Positions 1-10,482 are shown, numbered from the stretch's first letter. The stretch: 64,000 bases of DNA from Candidatus Bathyarchaeia archaeon (GCA_049521795.1 JBEKOM010000004.1:32001-96000), one strand, 5' to 3'. The notes: generated from the sequence alone by a model not told the origin. Translations and numbers: made by a program.

Positions 1-356
1 TCTGCCTTTATTTTCACTTTTATCGGTCCTAGCGGTGACTCGCCTACTTCTTGCGAAAAAGAGACGTGACCTGCGTATGCCACCTGTTTATTCAGGCAGA
101 AGTTGACGCTTCTTCTTTCTAATCCTTGAAGGAGCACTCCCCGTGCTGCGGCGCGAATGTGTTCTCTTTGCAGTATATTGTGAAAATTGGCTAGCGCTTC
201 TTGCCCTGTTGCTTCTGCGAGCAAAAGGCTACCTCTGCGCAGGGGCTTTGTCTGCATGTTCATTGCTCCAAAAATCTTTTCAACTGCTTCTTTCACTTTC
301 TGTTCGGATTCCGTTGGGTTGACTTCGACCTCGATGTGGACGCTCACTTTGTCCAT
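1..356 (-). CDS. UPF0201/DUF54 family putative RNA-binding protein (3' end runs off window)
   Basis: Not in the ORF track. Manual translation from ATG at 356 gives MDKVSVHIEVEVNPTESEQKVKEAVEKIF...LNKQVAYAGHVSF...ESPLGPIKVKI, with the DUF54-type PTE and NKQ-A-G / SPLGPI motifs. It overlaps the end of the UPF0200 gene, as in the conserved archaeal pair. Confidence 0.85.
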   Translation of the reverse strand, partial: MDKVSVHIEVEVNPTESEQKVKEAVEKIFGAMNMQTKPLRRGSLLLAEATGQEALANFHNILQREHIRAAARGVLLQGLERRSVNFCLNKQVAYAGHVSFSQEVGESPLGPIKVKIKA

Positions 357-913
357 TTGTTCTCAACTTTTTCCAGGATTCTTCTAATTCTGCCCTTCAC
401 AACGTCGAATGGTTCCTCGTTTACTACCATCTCTTCGGCCATGGCTATGGCGCTGCCCAAACCGACGCTCAACTCTCGCGTGTCTCTTTCAAGGAATACT
501 TTCCATTGGCTTGCATCGTCGCTTCTGCGGCGGTGGTACAGGCGTTGGAATCGTGTGTCGGGAGAAGCATGTATGGCGATCAGGCTGAATATTGGGTAGT
601 GTTTTTTGAATTCTTCGATTTCATCTAGGCTTCTTATTCCGTCCACGATCACTTTCTGTCCCTTTGTGCTGGCTATTTTTGGAACGCATCTTTTCGCTAT
701 GACTGCGCTTCCGTCTTTCTGTCGCAGGTCAAGCATCACTTTTCCGATGTTTTCAGGTGTCGGTTGCAGGTTTCTCTTTTTCGCTTCCTCTCTGACAACG
801 TCACCCATTGCGACGGCTTCGTAGCCTTTTTCTTTCTGCGCGAGTTCAACAACTAGGGATTTGCCTGACCCGGGCATTCCCGCGACACCTAGGACAAGCT
901 TATCCTCTGTCAT
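344..913 (-). CDS. UPF0200 family P-loop nucleotide kinase (dephospho-CoA kinase-like)
   Basis: Walker A GMPGSGKS; MGDVVREE, VDGIRS and RRRSDD motifs typical of archaeal UPF0200. Confidence 0.85.
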   Translation of the reverse strand: MTEDKLVLGVAGMPGSGKSLVVELAQKEKGYEAVAMGDVVREEAKKRNLQPTPENIGKVMLDLRQKDGSAVIAKRCVPKIASTKGQKVIVDGIRSLDEIEEFKKHYPIFSLIAIHASPDTRFQRLYHRRRSDDASQWKVFLERDTRELSVGLGSAIAMAEEMVVNEEPFDVVKGRIRRILEKVENKWTK

Positions 914-1012
914 CTTTTCCTTTCACCGTTGTTTTTCTTTTGACAGATAGTTTTTTACACGTTAAAAGCGTTTATGAAATGAATGAGGCAAAAACGCGCG
1001 GGAGAAGTAGGC

Positions 1013-1582
1013 ATGGTTGAGATGGTTAGATGTTTCGTGGCTTTCGACATTGATAGTGAAGCTGTCAAGAAGAAGTTGACTGAAGTGCAAACGTTGCTGG
1101 TCAACACAGGGGCTGACTTAAAGGTTGTTGAACCTGCAAATATTCATATAACGATGCGGTTCTTAGGCGACGTGAGGTCGGATTCTGTTGAGAAGATTTT
1201 TGAGGCTATGAAGAAGGCGCTGTTTGCTCCTTTTGACGTGAAGATTCAAGGTGTCGGTGCTTTTCCAGACGTGCGCTACCCACGTGTCGTGTGGGCAGGA
1301 ATAACTCAGGGGGCTAACGATCTGCGGAGCATTTCGAGTCAGTTGGAACCTCACTTACAGGCTTTGGGGTTTGCGCCGGACCCTAAGGGCTTCAGCCCGC
1401 ACTTGACGATTGCGCGCGTCAGGAGCCCACGGAACAAGGCGGAGCTCGCCAAATTCGTGACCGAAAACGTCGGTTTTCAGTTTGGTGTAGTTAGAGCGGC
1501 TTGTTTGAGGCTGAAAAAGAGCGTCTTAACGCCGACAGGACCCATTTATTCGACCCTCAAAGAGGTTTGTCCGCAGGGATGA
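1013..1582 (+). CDS. thpR: RNA 2',3'-cyclic phosphodiesterase (2H phosphoesterase, 2'-5' RNA ligase family)
   Basis: Two HxT motifs (HITMRFLG, PHLTIAR), N-terminal RCFVAFD and C-terminal GPIY. Adjacent to cca. Start placed at ATG 1013 (ORF track starts at 983). Confidence 0.92.
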   Translation: MVEMVRCFVAFDIDSEAVKKKLTEVQTLLVNTGADLKVVEPANIHITMRFLGDVRSDSVEKIFEAMKKALFAPFDVKIQGVGAFPDVRYPRVVWAGITQGANDLRSISSQLEPHLQALGFAPDPKGFSPHLTIARVRSPRNKAELAKFVTENVGFQFGVVRAACLRLKKSVLTPTGPIYSTLKEVCPQG

Positions 1583-1598
1583 ACAGAAGGATCAGTCA

Positions 1599-3029
1599 AT
1601 GCAGCACGAGAAGCAAAGAGTCCTTGCAACCGTTTTGAAGCGGGCAACGCCGAAAAAGGATGAACGGGCCAACATAGGGGCCCTAGCTAGGAAGCTTGAG
1701 AGAAAAGTCACTTCGGCCTCGAAACAGTTTGGCCTCAAGGCCAAAGTGCGTGTTGAAGGTTCTGTTGCCAAGGATACTTGGCTGAGCGGTGAGCCGGACG
1801 TAGACGTTTTCATGCGTGTTCCAGTGTCTATTCCCCGCGACTCTTTAGGCGAGGTTTGCCTGAAAGTGGCCAAAGAAGCCACAAAAGGCTCGGAACAGAT
1901 TGAACGGTTTGCTGAGCACCCGTACCTTGAGGCTTTCGTTGATGGCACGAGAGTGAACGTTGTGCCCTGCTACGCTACAAAACGCGGGGAATGGTTGAGC
2001 GCCACGGACAGAACGCCCTTTCACACGGACTACATCAACAAGAATCTGGATGTGCAGATGCGGGGTCAGGTGCGGCTGCTCAAGAAGTTCATGAAGGGCA
2101 TCGGCGTCTACGGCGCTGAGATCAAGGTCGGCGGCTTCAGCGGGTACCTTTGCGAACTCTTAGTTCTGCATCACGGGTCCTTTTTGGACGCTGTTGAGGC
2201 GTTTGCGAAGTACAAACAAAGAATGGTCATCGATATTGAAGACTTCTACGGGAAGAGACAGAGGGAGGTTGACCTTTTGTTTGAGGATCCTTTGGTGGTT
2301 GTTGACCCTGTTGATAAGGCGAGAAACGTGGCTTCTGCCGTGCGCAAGCAGAACCTCGACATGTTCATAGCCGCAGCACAGGCGTTTATGAAAAGGCCCA
2401 ACTTGAACTTCTTCTATCCGCCCCCGACGATTCCCATGAATGCAGGCAAGATGAAGAAGACGCTGGAGAGGCGTCGTCAAGGGCCAACGACTGTCTTCGT
2501 AGCGTTTGGAAGGGTTGACGCTGTGCCCGACATCCTGTGGGGTCAGCTCTACAAGTCCCTTCGTTCAATGCACAAGCTTGTCAGCCTGAGCGACTTTTCG
2601 CTTCTGAGAGATTTTGCTTGGAGCGATGAGAAGGATTTTAACGTCTTTGGCTTTGAGCTTGAACACTGCTGCATCCCAGAAGTTAAGAAGCATCTAGGGC
2701 CGCCACTAGAGAAAGAGAGTGAGTGTGAAAAGTTCCTGTTAAGGCATCAGAACGCATCAAAAACGGTTTCGGGGCCTTACATAGAGGACGGCCGCTGGGT
2801 CGTGGAGGTTCGAAGAAACTATACAGACGCTTGCGCGTTGCTTCGTGAAAAACTGAAGGATGGCGGGAAGAACGCCGGAGTAGCCGAAGGGATTTCGCAC
2901 GTGTTGAAGAAAGGCTTCAGAGTGCTTGCGAACGAAGAGGTTGTTAAGGTCTATGAGAAGAATAACGAGTTTGCTGAGTTTCTAACTGATTTTCTCTCGG
3001 GCAAGCCGAAGTGGCTGGAAGCCGCTTGA
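1599..3029 (+). CDS. cca: Archaeal class I CCA-adding enzyme
   Basis: GSVAKDTWL..DVDVF nucleotidyltransferase motif; AEHPY, DRTPFHT, GVYGAEIKVGGFSGYLCELL, DPVD..RNVA. Confidence 0.97.
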   Translation: MQHEKQRVLATVLKRATPKKDERANIGALARKLERKVTSASKQFGLKAKVRVEGSVAKDTWLSGEPDVDVFMRVPVSIPRDSLGEVCLKVAKEATKGSEQIERFAEHPYLEAFVDGTRVNVVPCYATKRGEWLSATDRTPFHTDYINKNLDVQMRGQVRLLKKFMKGIGVYGAEIKVGGFSGYLCELLVLHHGSFLDAVEAFAKYKQRMVIDIEDFYGKRQREVDLLFEDPLVVVDPVDKARNVASAVRKQNLDMFIAAAQAFMKRPNLNFFYPPPTIPMNAGKMKKTLERRRQGPTTVFVAFGRVDAVPDILWGQLYKSLRSMHKLVSLSDFSLLRDFAWSDEKDFNVFGFELEHCCIPEVKKHLGPPLEKESECEKFLLRHQNASKTVSGPYIEDGRWVVEVRRNYTDACALLREKLKDGGKNAGVAEGISHVLKKGFRVLANEEVVKVYEKNNEFAEFLTDFLSGKPKWLEAA

Positions 3030-3104
3030 AGATGCCCGTCTCGACGAGGCTCTGAGCGGTCAAGGGTAAAATGCGAAGTTAGAGCTTTTGCCACTGCATT
3101 ATTG

Positions 3105-3449
3105 CTACTTGTCCAGTATGATGCTGAAGAGCTGTGCTACTTTCACGCCTATTGGAAGTCCGAGAAGTAGACTTTTTAGGCTGACCGCATGGTAATGAGC
3201 AGTAATGGATTCTAGGTTCTTCGGTTGTTCAAGCCAAACATTGAAGTCGGCAACTTCCCTTGAGACCTCTGCCTCCAGTTTTCTCTTAGTCTCTGTGTCG
3301 GCCATTTCATAGTCGGCTCTGCGCGTTCTGATTGTCTCCAAGATGTTTCGTCGGCTATACTCCGCGTAGAGTCCGAAGCTTTTGGGCTCTCTCTTCCAAG
3401 TGTCACGTGTCGCTAGCTCGGCTGTAAGTTCCTCATTCTTCGATTGCAT
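3105..3449 (-). CDS. Hypothetical protein
   Basis: 114-aa ORF with ATG start filling the gap between cca and uppP; no recognised motif. Confidence 0.55.
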   Translation of the reverse strand: MQSKNEELTAELATRDTWKREPKSFGLYAEYSRRNILETIRTRRADYEMADTETKRKLEAEVSREVADFNVWLEQPKNLESITAHYHAVSLKSLLLGLPIGVKVAQLFSIILDK

Positions 3450-3534
3450 GTGGAAAGCTTTCTGGCTGCAGGATATCTTGCTTGTGAAAGCTCTGTTCAG
3501 ATTCAGAATTCACACGAGACCTATGCATACGTGG

Positions 3535-4347
3535 TCAGAAACTGTGCAGCGTAAGAGCTATCAGAGCGATGCCCAGTGGCAATGTGTAGAATGCGAAGTA
3601 ATGGAATCTCTTTGTTCTCACCAAGTTTGAGACGAGTCTTATCGCTATGTAGCCTACTATGGCTGCTAGGACCATTCCGGCTGTAAGCTCTATGGGACCT
3701 ATGGTTGTGAGTGCCAGTTGGCCGCGTTGCAGGTAGGCCTCGACTATTAGGTCTCCGATTACGGCTGGGATTGAGAGTAGGAAAGAGAACCTGAACGCCT
3801 TTTCCCTCTTTAATCCGAGGAGCAGCGCGGTCGAAATGGTCATTCCGCTTCTTGAAAGACCTGCGAAAGATGCGAGGCCTTGAGCTGTGCCCATAAGCAG
3901 GGCTATCGAGACAGTTATGACGTCCGTGTTTTCTTTTCCCATTTTAGAGATGTAAAGCCAAGTTGCGCCTATTATGAAGGCTATCCCAATGGCCAAGAAC
4001 ATGACGAAAGTGTTTGCTGTAAAATACGGTTCCAGGAATTTCGCGTACGTTAGACCGATTATTCCTGTAGGAATGGTTGCAACCACTATCAGGGGTATCA
4101 GATGACCGTATTCTGACTTGAACTCAAAGTGTGCAAGTGCAACGAGTATGTTCATGACGTCTTTTCTGAAGTAGAAGATGACTACGAAGAGTGTTCCAAC
4201 GTGCAATGCAACGTCGAAGAGCGGCGTAGCCGGAAACGCAAGCAGCTGCTGAGCTATTTTGAGGTGGGCAGTGCTTGATATGGGAAGCCACTCGGCGAGA
4301 CCCTGAATTATTCCCAGGATGATGGTTTTGACCAACTGTTCAAACAT
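3535..4347 (-). CDS. uppP: Undecaprenyl/polyprenyl-diphosphate phosphatase (BacA family)
   Basis: GIIQGLAEWLPISSTAHL, GLSRSGMTI and FSFLLSIP signatures; multiple hydrophobic segments. Confidence 0.93.
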   Translation of the reverse strand: MFEQLVKTIILGIIQGLAEWLPISSTAHLKIAQQLLAFPATPLFDVALHVGTLFVVIFYFRKDVMNILVALAHFEFKSEYGHLIPLIVVATIPTGIIGLTYAKFLEPYFTANTFVMFLAIGIAFIIGATWLYISKMGKENTDVITVSIALLMGTAQGLASFAGLSRSGMTISTALLLGLKREKAFRFSFLLSIPAVIGDLIVEAYLQRGQLALTTIGPIELTAGMVLAAIVGYIAIRLVSNLVRTKRFHYFAFYTLPLGIALIALTLHSF

Positions 4348-4412
4348 GGGCAGCGTCTCTAGTCTTGATTTTGAAAGATTAAATAACGAAGCTTATTAAT
4401 TCTTTATGGCGG

Positions 4413-4961
4413 GTGCAATGTGTGATCGGCTATCCGGCTGGAAACGCTGAAGACCGAGAAATGCTGAAGAAGATGCCTGCGGAGAAGTTTCTGGACTATT
4501 TCTTTCTACAGATACGAAACCTCTGGAGAGTTGACGGATTATACTTCCTAGGCATTGAGAAGAAGTTTGGCACAGAGGCCGCAACCGACGTTGACGCCGG
4601 AGTCTGGGAGGCCATGGCAGAGATCGAAGCAAAGAGTCTCCAACGCATGTTTGATGTGGGCGAAAACCCGGATGTTACAAAGATCATGAGCCTTCTGCAT
4701 AGATCAAGCTGGGCTCTAGACCAGCCGTTCAAAACGATCGTAGCGGGCAGCAAACGAGCAGTTTTGAGCATAGACCGCTGCAGAACACAGGAAGCACGTT
4801 TGAGCAAGGGCCTCGAGGAATTTCCGTGCAAAAAAGTGCGGTTCGGCTACTTGAAGAACTTTGCGACGACATTAAATCCCAACGTTAAAGTGAACTGTCT
4901 GAGATGCCCGCCTGACAAGCATCCAAAAGACGCATGGTGCAAATGGGAATTTACACTATAA
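4413..4961 (+). CDS. DUF6125-like protein (V4R/ATC-hydrolase-like fold)
   Basis: W..DGLYF..E.KFG.EAA, CRTQ..R, FPCK and C-terminal CPPD.HP...WCKWEF motifs. Confidence 0.75.
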   Translation: MQCVIGYPAGNAEDREMLKKMPAEKFLDYFFLQIRNLWRVDGLYFLGIEKKFGTEAATDVDAGVWEAMAEIEAKSLQRMFDVGENPDVTKIMSLLHRSSWALDQPFKTIVAGSKRAVLSIDRCRTQEARLSKGLEEFPCKKVRFGYLKNFATTLNPNVKVNCLRCPPDKHPKDAWCKWEFTL

Positions 4962-5386
4962 CTGGTAGTTTTGACGTTGTTATTTCTCACACTCTCAGAA
5001 GGCTTGTGGACGTGAAATTGGTAAAGAGACGTGATGAGGGGCACAAGAACGTCTCTTATGTTATCACCAAAAAGGGCTACAAACAGCTTAGCTTACTTCA
5101 CGTCAACCAAACACTTTCAGAAATGACACCTGTTGAAGTTCAAGTCATAGAATTTCTGATGCATGAATTGACCACCATCGTTGACATCACGACACCGTAT
5201 GGTGCAAGTATTGAAAACTACTTGAAGAATCTGAGAGCCAAGTTGAATGATGACACCGTAATAGAGCAAGCTAAAGCTCTTCTCGATGACCCCAGAAAGC
5301 TCTATGCAGAGTATTCCAAGAATTTACAGCGATACGAAAGAAAGAGACAGCTCTCAAAAACGAGGTCGTTTCACCAAGGTTCATAA
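4962..5386 (+). pseudogene. N-terminally truncated winged-helix protein fragment at the island boundary
   Basis: The frame reads VVISHTLRRLVDVKLVKR....VSYVITKKG (wHTH recognition helix plus wing) directly after the stop of the previous gene. The only upstream ATG (4934) lies inside that gene. Confidence 0.45.
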
Positions 5387-5509
5387 GCGGGCGCTTTTTG
5401 TTGCGATAGCGCCAGAATGACAAGGGCAGGATATTGATTTGTCCTTCTGAAGTCTTATAAATGTTGAATCTCCCACAGCATTGTAGAAAGACCATAAGAG
5501 AGATAGTCC

Positions 5510-5833
5510 ATGCCTACTTGTGAGAACGTATTACTCCATGAAAAAAACAATGGTGGTTATGGTCTCGCAATTATAGCCAAATTCGAAGAACCATTTCCTG
5601 TTAGCTACATAATTCGTGTGACTACACCCCAAGGTGTTCAGGCTGATTTTGTAAGCACTCTCGATGGGTTCAAGAATATTGGAGAGTTGCTGACTGCCCT
5701 TCATTATTTCGCTGGAACCAAACTTTATCCCAAGAATACCGAAAGGCTCAGAGAGGTTTTGACAGCAGATCAAATCAAGAATTTTGCAGAACTCTTGAAA
5801 TCAGGGAAGTTTGGTGCGCAGCCGTTGCGTTGA
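5510..5833 (+). CDS. Hypothetical protein
   Basis: 107-aa ORF with ATG start, preceded by a TTATAAA TATA-like box at ~5455. Confidence 0.6.
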   Translation: MPTCENVLLHEKNNGGYGLAIIAKFEEPFPVSYIIRVTTPQGVQADFVSTLDGFKNIGELLTALHYFAGTKLYPKNTERLREVLTADQIKNFAELLKSGKFGAQPLR

Positions 5834-6041
5834 CTCAGCGCGTGCACTACTTGGGTGAATAAGGTCGAAATCGCCACTCCCGATGCCCTGATTTCGAGTT
5901 TGTTGTTCTTTTTTTGAAACCATCCAGCGTATGTTATGGATGCTCCTGTTCAGACTGCGTTATTAATAAAAGTGCAAGATACGATATAAGAAAAGATAAG
6001 GCAGCGCAGGCGAAAAGTCGAGGGTTCAGTAGGTTTCTGCT

Positions 6042-6698
6042 ATGGTTTCAAAAAAGCAGTTAGTTCAGATAACCGAAGCAGCGATAGACCGATTGATAAA
6101 GACGTTCAGAGCAAACCCGTATTTCTTCTATACTGAAAACGACTTGCACTGCCATTTGTTCAGTGAGATATTCAGCAGGCTACAGCCGAGAGATTGGCAA
6201 TGCAAGACTATGGACAACAAGAACAGCATTTTGCTTCATAAAGAGTATCCCACAAAAGCAAGATATGTGGCAAGAACGCCAGCAGAAGTTTCGTCCGGTG
6301 GCGCGAGAGGTCATTTTGACTTGTGCATTTGGAACCCGGATACAACTGGAGACAGACTGTTTCGAGCCTTAAATTCAAACTTTCAAGATGAACAGCACAC
6401 CTTCATCGGAATAGAATTTGATATGATTGAAGGAAACCGCACTCTTGAAAGTGCTCTACATCATTTCAGATGGGACCTACTGAAGCTCAGAGGAGAAAAG
6501 AACGAGGTTGAGCATGGCTATCAATTTGCTTTTGTCAGAGACTGGCTTCACAAAGACAATTTCATTACTAAAGCCAGAAATGAAGCGGCAGAAGCAAAAA
6601 ACACTACCGTTCTTTACATCGAGAAAGACAAAGACTGTGTTGATGTAATCATCTTGTCACCAAGACCTCTCTTGAAGTATGGGCCGATAGGCAAGTAG
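6042..6698 (+). CDS. Putative PD-(D/E)xK-fold nuclease-like protein
   Basis: Motif order TENDL (helix-1 Glu), HKEYP, GHFDLCIW, GIEF matches the restriction-endonuclease-like core. The catalytic Lys of ExK is replaced (EFD). Confidence 0.6.
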   Translation: MVSKKQLVQITEAAIDRLIKTFRANPYFFYTENDLHCHLFSEIFSRLQPRDWQCKTMDNKNSILLHKEYPTKARYVARTPAEVSSGGARGHFDLCIWNPDTTGDRLFRALNSNFQDEQHTFIGIEFDMIEGNRTLESALHHFRWDLLKLRGEKNEVEHGYQFAFVRDWLHKDNFITKARNEAAEAKNTTVLYIEKDKDCVDVIILSPRPLLKYGPIGK

Positions 6699-6891
6699 TG
6701 GTGCCTCTGTCCAGCGCGCGGATAGTTCTTGGAGAGTTTTATGAGTATGAAGGTTGAATGATATTGGGTTGTCAGGGTGAAGAAACGGTTTGAAGTTGAG
6801 TTTGCTATTGACGATTTGAAAGCCGTAAAAATTGCTGGAAGGTTGTTCAATCAATTCTACAGCGCGGGCTTGTATTTGAACTAGAACGGGC

Positions 6892-7359
6892 TTATTTTCT
6901 GCTGAGCCACTCCTTCAATGCTAGAGCTTTGGGTCCAGGTCCTCCACTTGCTGGGAACAGCACTTTGACCCCATATTGTGCTAGGTTTGGCAAGGCTGCC
7001 GCATACTCTTTGCCCATTGATATGAAGATTTCAGAATACTTCCTCTTTCCGAGTTTGTTTCTTAAGTAACTCTCGTTCATCACTTTAGCATTGTCTACTG
7101 TCTTTCTCAGAATGGTCTTGCCACCCCAATGTCTTCCTTCAGGCTCGCTATAAGGCATAGGGGCTGAGCCATCGACAAGCGTTAAATCATCTACCATAAC
7201 TACAACATCTATATCCTTAACGTCACCTAAATGCTTTCTAGCTACTCTTGAGAACAAGCCGTCATAACGTTCAAAAGCAGGTAAGAGGCATTCATCTTTC
7301 CTGCGCCTAAAAGATGGTCCTAGAATCAGCAGTCGCCGTGTCGTTGTCAAGTCACCCAA
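6892..7359 (-). CDS. YaaA-like / DUF6884 family protein
   Basis: LLILG.S.R+...LPA.ERYDG.F.RV.RK and ISMGKEY..AL pattern characteristic of DUF6884/YaaA-like proteins. Confidence 0.65.
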   Translation of the reverse strand: MGDLTTTRRLLILGPSFRRRKDECLLPAFERYDGLFSRVARKHLGDVKDIDVVVMVDDLTLVDGSAPMPYSEPEGRHWGGKTILRKTVDNAKVMNESYLRNKLGKRKYSEIFISMGKEYAAALPNLAQYGVKVLFPASGGPGPKALALKEWLSRK

Positions 7360-7477
7360 TCCACCAAGAAATAGATGATTAAATCATTTATAAAATAATA
7401 ACTCGCACTCCCGGGCTGTTCAGAGCTTCATGAAGCTTTAATATTGTCAAAATAGTAGATATTTTGGGTGGCAGCTT

Positions 7478-10453
7478 TTGTCTTTTGGGTCGAGGCACGA
7501 GAATACCTGCAACGCTTTGCTTTGTGAAGAATTACGAAGTTTAGGTATTGAAGCCTTTTTTGAAGAACATTATCTAACTCGATTTGGAAGGAATAAGCCG
7601 GATATTCATGCAACATACAATAAGCTGAGCTATCTAATAGAAGGAAAGCAAAAACCACGAAAGCTCGTTGATGCTGTAAGCAAAGCGTACACTTATCGAG
7701 AAAGGCTGAGGTTCGCGTCTCCAAAAGCTGTCTTTGCTGTGCTCTATCCACCGGATTGCCTTGGCTCTTGCGATGCAGCAGTTTTGCTAGACATACCACC
7801 TTTCTATATTTCATACACGGCAAAATCGCTGAAAGACCTGGCTACTTGGATTCACAGCATGATAGTCTCACCGCCTGTTTCTGCCGAGTTCAATACTTCA
7901 GATGCTATCAAGTTGCTACGAGAAGCCGTGCTTGGAATATCCGAGGCGTTTGCAGAAGTTGAAGCAAAAGATGTGGCTGAGATCTTTGGAGGGAAATTGT
8001 TTTTCGAGACTGTCTTGGGAATCAAGGAAGAAAGAGAGATTCCAATACAGTATCTTAGAGATGCTGCTTCTTACTTGTTGGCTAATCAAATTCTCTTCTA
8101 CCAGATTCTGGCTAAAGAAAAGAAGGAACTAATCAGATACAGAGAAATCGACCCTGAGAAACTGCAATCCCCCTTGGAACTGCAGGCGGAGTATTTCTCC
8201 AAAGTGCTACTTGAAGATTATAAACCAGTTTTTGGATTTAACGTTACATCGAAAATGAAGGGGTCGAAGGCCCTTGAAGCAATTAAGGTTACTGTTGATT
8301 CGGTCAATGCCTTGTCGCCTGAGGCCCTAGGTCATGATATACTCGGCAAAATATTCCACAATCTCATTCCCTTCGACCTGCGGAAAGTGGTAGCAGCATT
8401 CTATACGAATATTCAGGCAGGGGAACTGTTGGCCACCTTGGCTATTGAAAAACCTGACGCGTCGGTCTTAGACCCAGCTTGTGGTTCTGGGACTCTATTA
8501 GTCTCTTCTTATCAAAGAAAAAAAGGCCTGATGGAAAAGAGAGGCGAACGTTTCAATTTCCAACATCACAAACGGTTTCTCGAGGAAGAAATAACCGGCA
8601 TAGATATTATGCCATTTGCGGCTCATTTGGCTGCTATTCATCTTTCACTTCAAGCTCCCCTTTACACCACCGACTTCGTCCGAGTTGCGATTCAGGATTC
8701 TACGAGTTTAAGACCAGAAATGATTATTTCACCGGCTCAGGAAGTTCTCAAAGAGGCATTCAAGCAGAGGAAGATTACCGAAAGTTACCGGAAGCCGACT
8801 AATGAATCAAATGAAAAAGTGTCAGTAGGTATAGTCGAGCTTTCAGAGCATTCAACATCTAAGCCGATAGAGCTGAGCAAAGTTGACCTTGTGATTATGA
8901 ATCCGCCATTCACAAGATTCCAAAGAATACCTTCAGCTTATAAGACACTACTTGTGAGGAGATTCTCTGAGGCGAAGTACAAGAAATGCTTGCACGGCCA
9001 ACTAGGATTACACGGTTACTTTCTGTTGCTAGCTGATAGATTCATTAGAAATGAGGGTAGACTTGCTGCTGTTCTTCCTATCACAACACTGTCGGCAAAA
9101 GGGCTGTATGAAGTTCAAGATATTTGGTTCAAAAACTATAGTATTGAGCATCTAGTCGTCTGCGAAGGGCGGTCAGCATTTTCTGAAAACGTCCTTACGC
9201 GAGAAATCCTGTTGGTCGCCAAGAAAACGAAACCACGAGATAACAAGATAGGAGTCTCTGTGCTTAGAGTCTCGCCAGACACGATTTCGATTGCAGAAGC
9301 ACGCTCTCTGGCAGAAACATTCAAGGAACTGAGAAAAAATAACCAAGTTGGCGCGACGGTCGACTCTGAAAAATATCTGTTCAGGCTGTTGTCGCAAGAA
9401 GAAGTTGGAAGAAACAGGAGAGGTCTTTTCAGAGCAATCTCGATGTATCGCAAGGACATCATAGAACTTGCTGACAGAATCGAAAAGCTTTTTGAAGAAT
9501 CTGGAAAAGCAATAACCTTTGGCAGCTACCTCAAGACTGTCAAAGGCGAAATACATGAGAGCCCTAGAGGAATAGAGCGCTTAGGCTACTATGGATTATC
9601 TATTGTCAGTGAAGAAGAACGTGCTCTCAAAAAGCACGATTTTTGGTACGTGAAACAAAAAGCCCAAAAGAAACTAAAGATAGAGAATCGCTTTTCACAC
9701 CTAATTTTCGACATACCGGAAAACTGCGTTGTTCCAAACATTAGACGATACGCCGGACTTAGGAATTTCGATATTAGCCGCGAAACAGATTATGTGGTCA
9801 TAAGACCCTTTGATAGGCTCAAAGAGTTTCTCAATGCGAGCGACATTAAGATTGAGGAAAGAAATGGAGCTCTGAGACATGTTAGAGATGGACAGTGGGA
9901 ACAGTTCGTCAGAGACCATTCTTCTAAACTTGCTCTATTCTATCGAGTGGACATAACCGGAACTGGCACACGCAATCTGGCATTCTTCTCGGACGAAAGA
10001 ATGTTCTTTGGAGGCTCATTGTGGGATATTGAAATCAAGGATGATGCTCAGAACAAGCTACTTTGTCTTTGGTTCAACAGCACGCTGAGCTTGTTCCAAG
10101 TACTCACTGAGAGGAAGGAAACTCGCGGAGGCTGGATTTGGCTTGATAATTATGTGCTTAGTGAATTTACGATACCCAATTTTGCGCGTCTGTCCAAACA
10201 TGAAGTTGAAAGACTGCTCAAGGTCTTTGACAAATATGGAAAGACCTCAATGCCAAACCTGCTGGAACAACTTCAAAAAAACAACAACGTTAGAGGCGAA
10301 ATCGACCGAGCATTCTTGCAGTTACTAGGTATGTCTGCAAAGGAAGTCGCTGGTTTCTTGGGCAATCTGTACACTGTTGTGGCTCGGGAAATTAGCACAC
10401 TCAAAGAGGTCATGGCTGAGGGCAGACCACAACGAGAAGAGGACCTAAGCTAG
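7478..10453 (+). CDS. Type IIG-like fused restriction-modification enzyme (N6-adenine DNA methyltransferase with N-terminal nuclease and C-terminal TRD)
   Basis: N-terminal KPDI...LIEGK (PD-ExK), AFYT, motif I VLDPACGSG, motif IV NPPF, and a long C-terminal specificity region with WFNST. Confidence 0.88.
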   Translation: MSFGSRHENTCNALLCEELRSLGIEAFFEEHYLTRFGRNKPDIHATYNKLSYLIEGKQKPRKLVDAVSKAYTYRERLRFASPKAVFAVLYPPDCLGSCDAAVLLDIPPFYISYTAKSLKDLATWIHSMIVSPPVSAEFNTSDAIKLLREAVLGISEAFAEVEAKDVAEIFGGKLFFETVLGIKEEREIPIQYLRDAASYLLANQILFYQILAKEKKELIRYREIDPEKLQSPLELQAEYFSKVLLEDYKPVFGFNVTSKMKGSKALEAIKVTVDSVNALSPEALGHDILGKIFHNLIPFDLRKVVAAFYTNIQAGELLATLAIEKPDASVLDPACGSGTLLVSSYQRKKGLMEKRGERFNFQHHKRFLEEEITGIDIMPFAAHLAAIHLSLQAPLYTTDFVRVAIQDSTSLRPEMIISPAQEVLKEAFKQRKITESYRKPTNESNEKVSVGIVELSEHSTSKPIELSKVDLVIMNPPFTRFQRIPSAYKTLLVRRFSEAKYKKCLHGQLGLHGYFLLLADRFIRNEGRLAAVLPITTLSAKGLYEVQDIWFKNYSIEHLVVCEGRSAFSENVLTREILLVAKKTKPRDNKIGVSVLRVSPDTISIAEARSLAETFKELRKNNQVGATVDSEKYLFRLLSQEEVGRNRRGLFRAISMYRKDIIELADRIEKLFEESGKAITFGSYLKTVKGEIHESPRGIERLGYYGLSIVSEEERALKKHDFWYVKQKAQKKLKIENRFSHLIFDIPENCVVPNIRRYAGLRNFDISRETDYVVIRPFDRLKEFLNASDIKIEERNGALRHVRDGQWEQFVRDHSSKLALFYRVDITGTGTRNLAFFSDERMFFGGSLWDIEIKDDAQNKLLCLWFNSTLSLFQVLTERKETRGGWIWLDNYVLSEFTIPNFARLSKHEVERLLKVFDKYGKTSMPNLLEQLQKNNNVRGEIDRAFLQLLGMSAKEVAGFLGNLYTVVAREISTLKEVMAEGRPQREEDLS

Positions 10454-10482
10454 CGGACATCGTTCGATTGCTAGGGCGGCTT

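Noticed and set aside
3535-4347. uppP in an archaeon as evidence for peptidoglycan synthesis
   Set aside because: BacA-family phosphatases can recycle other polyprenyl carriers, and there are no mur genes in the window.
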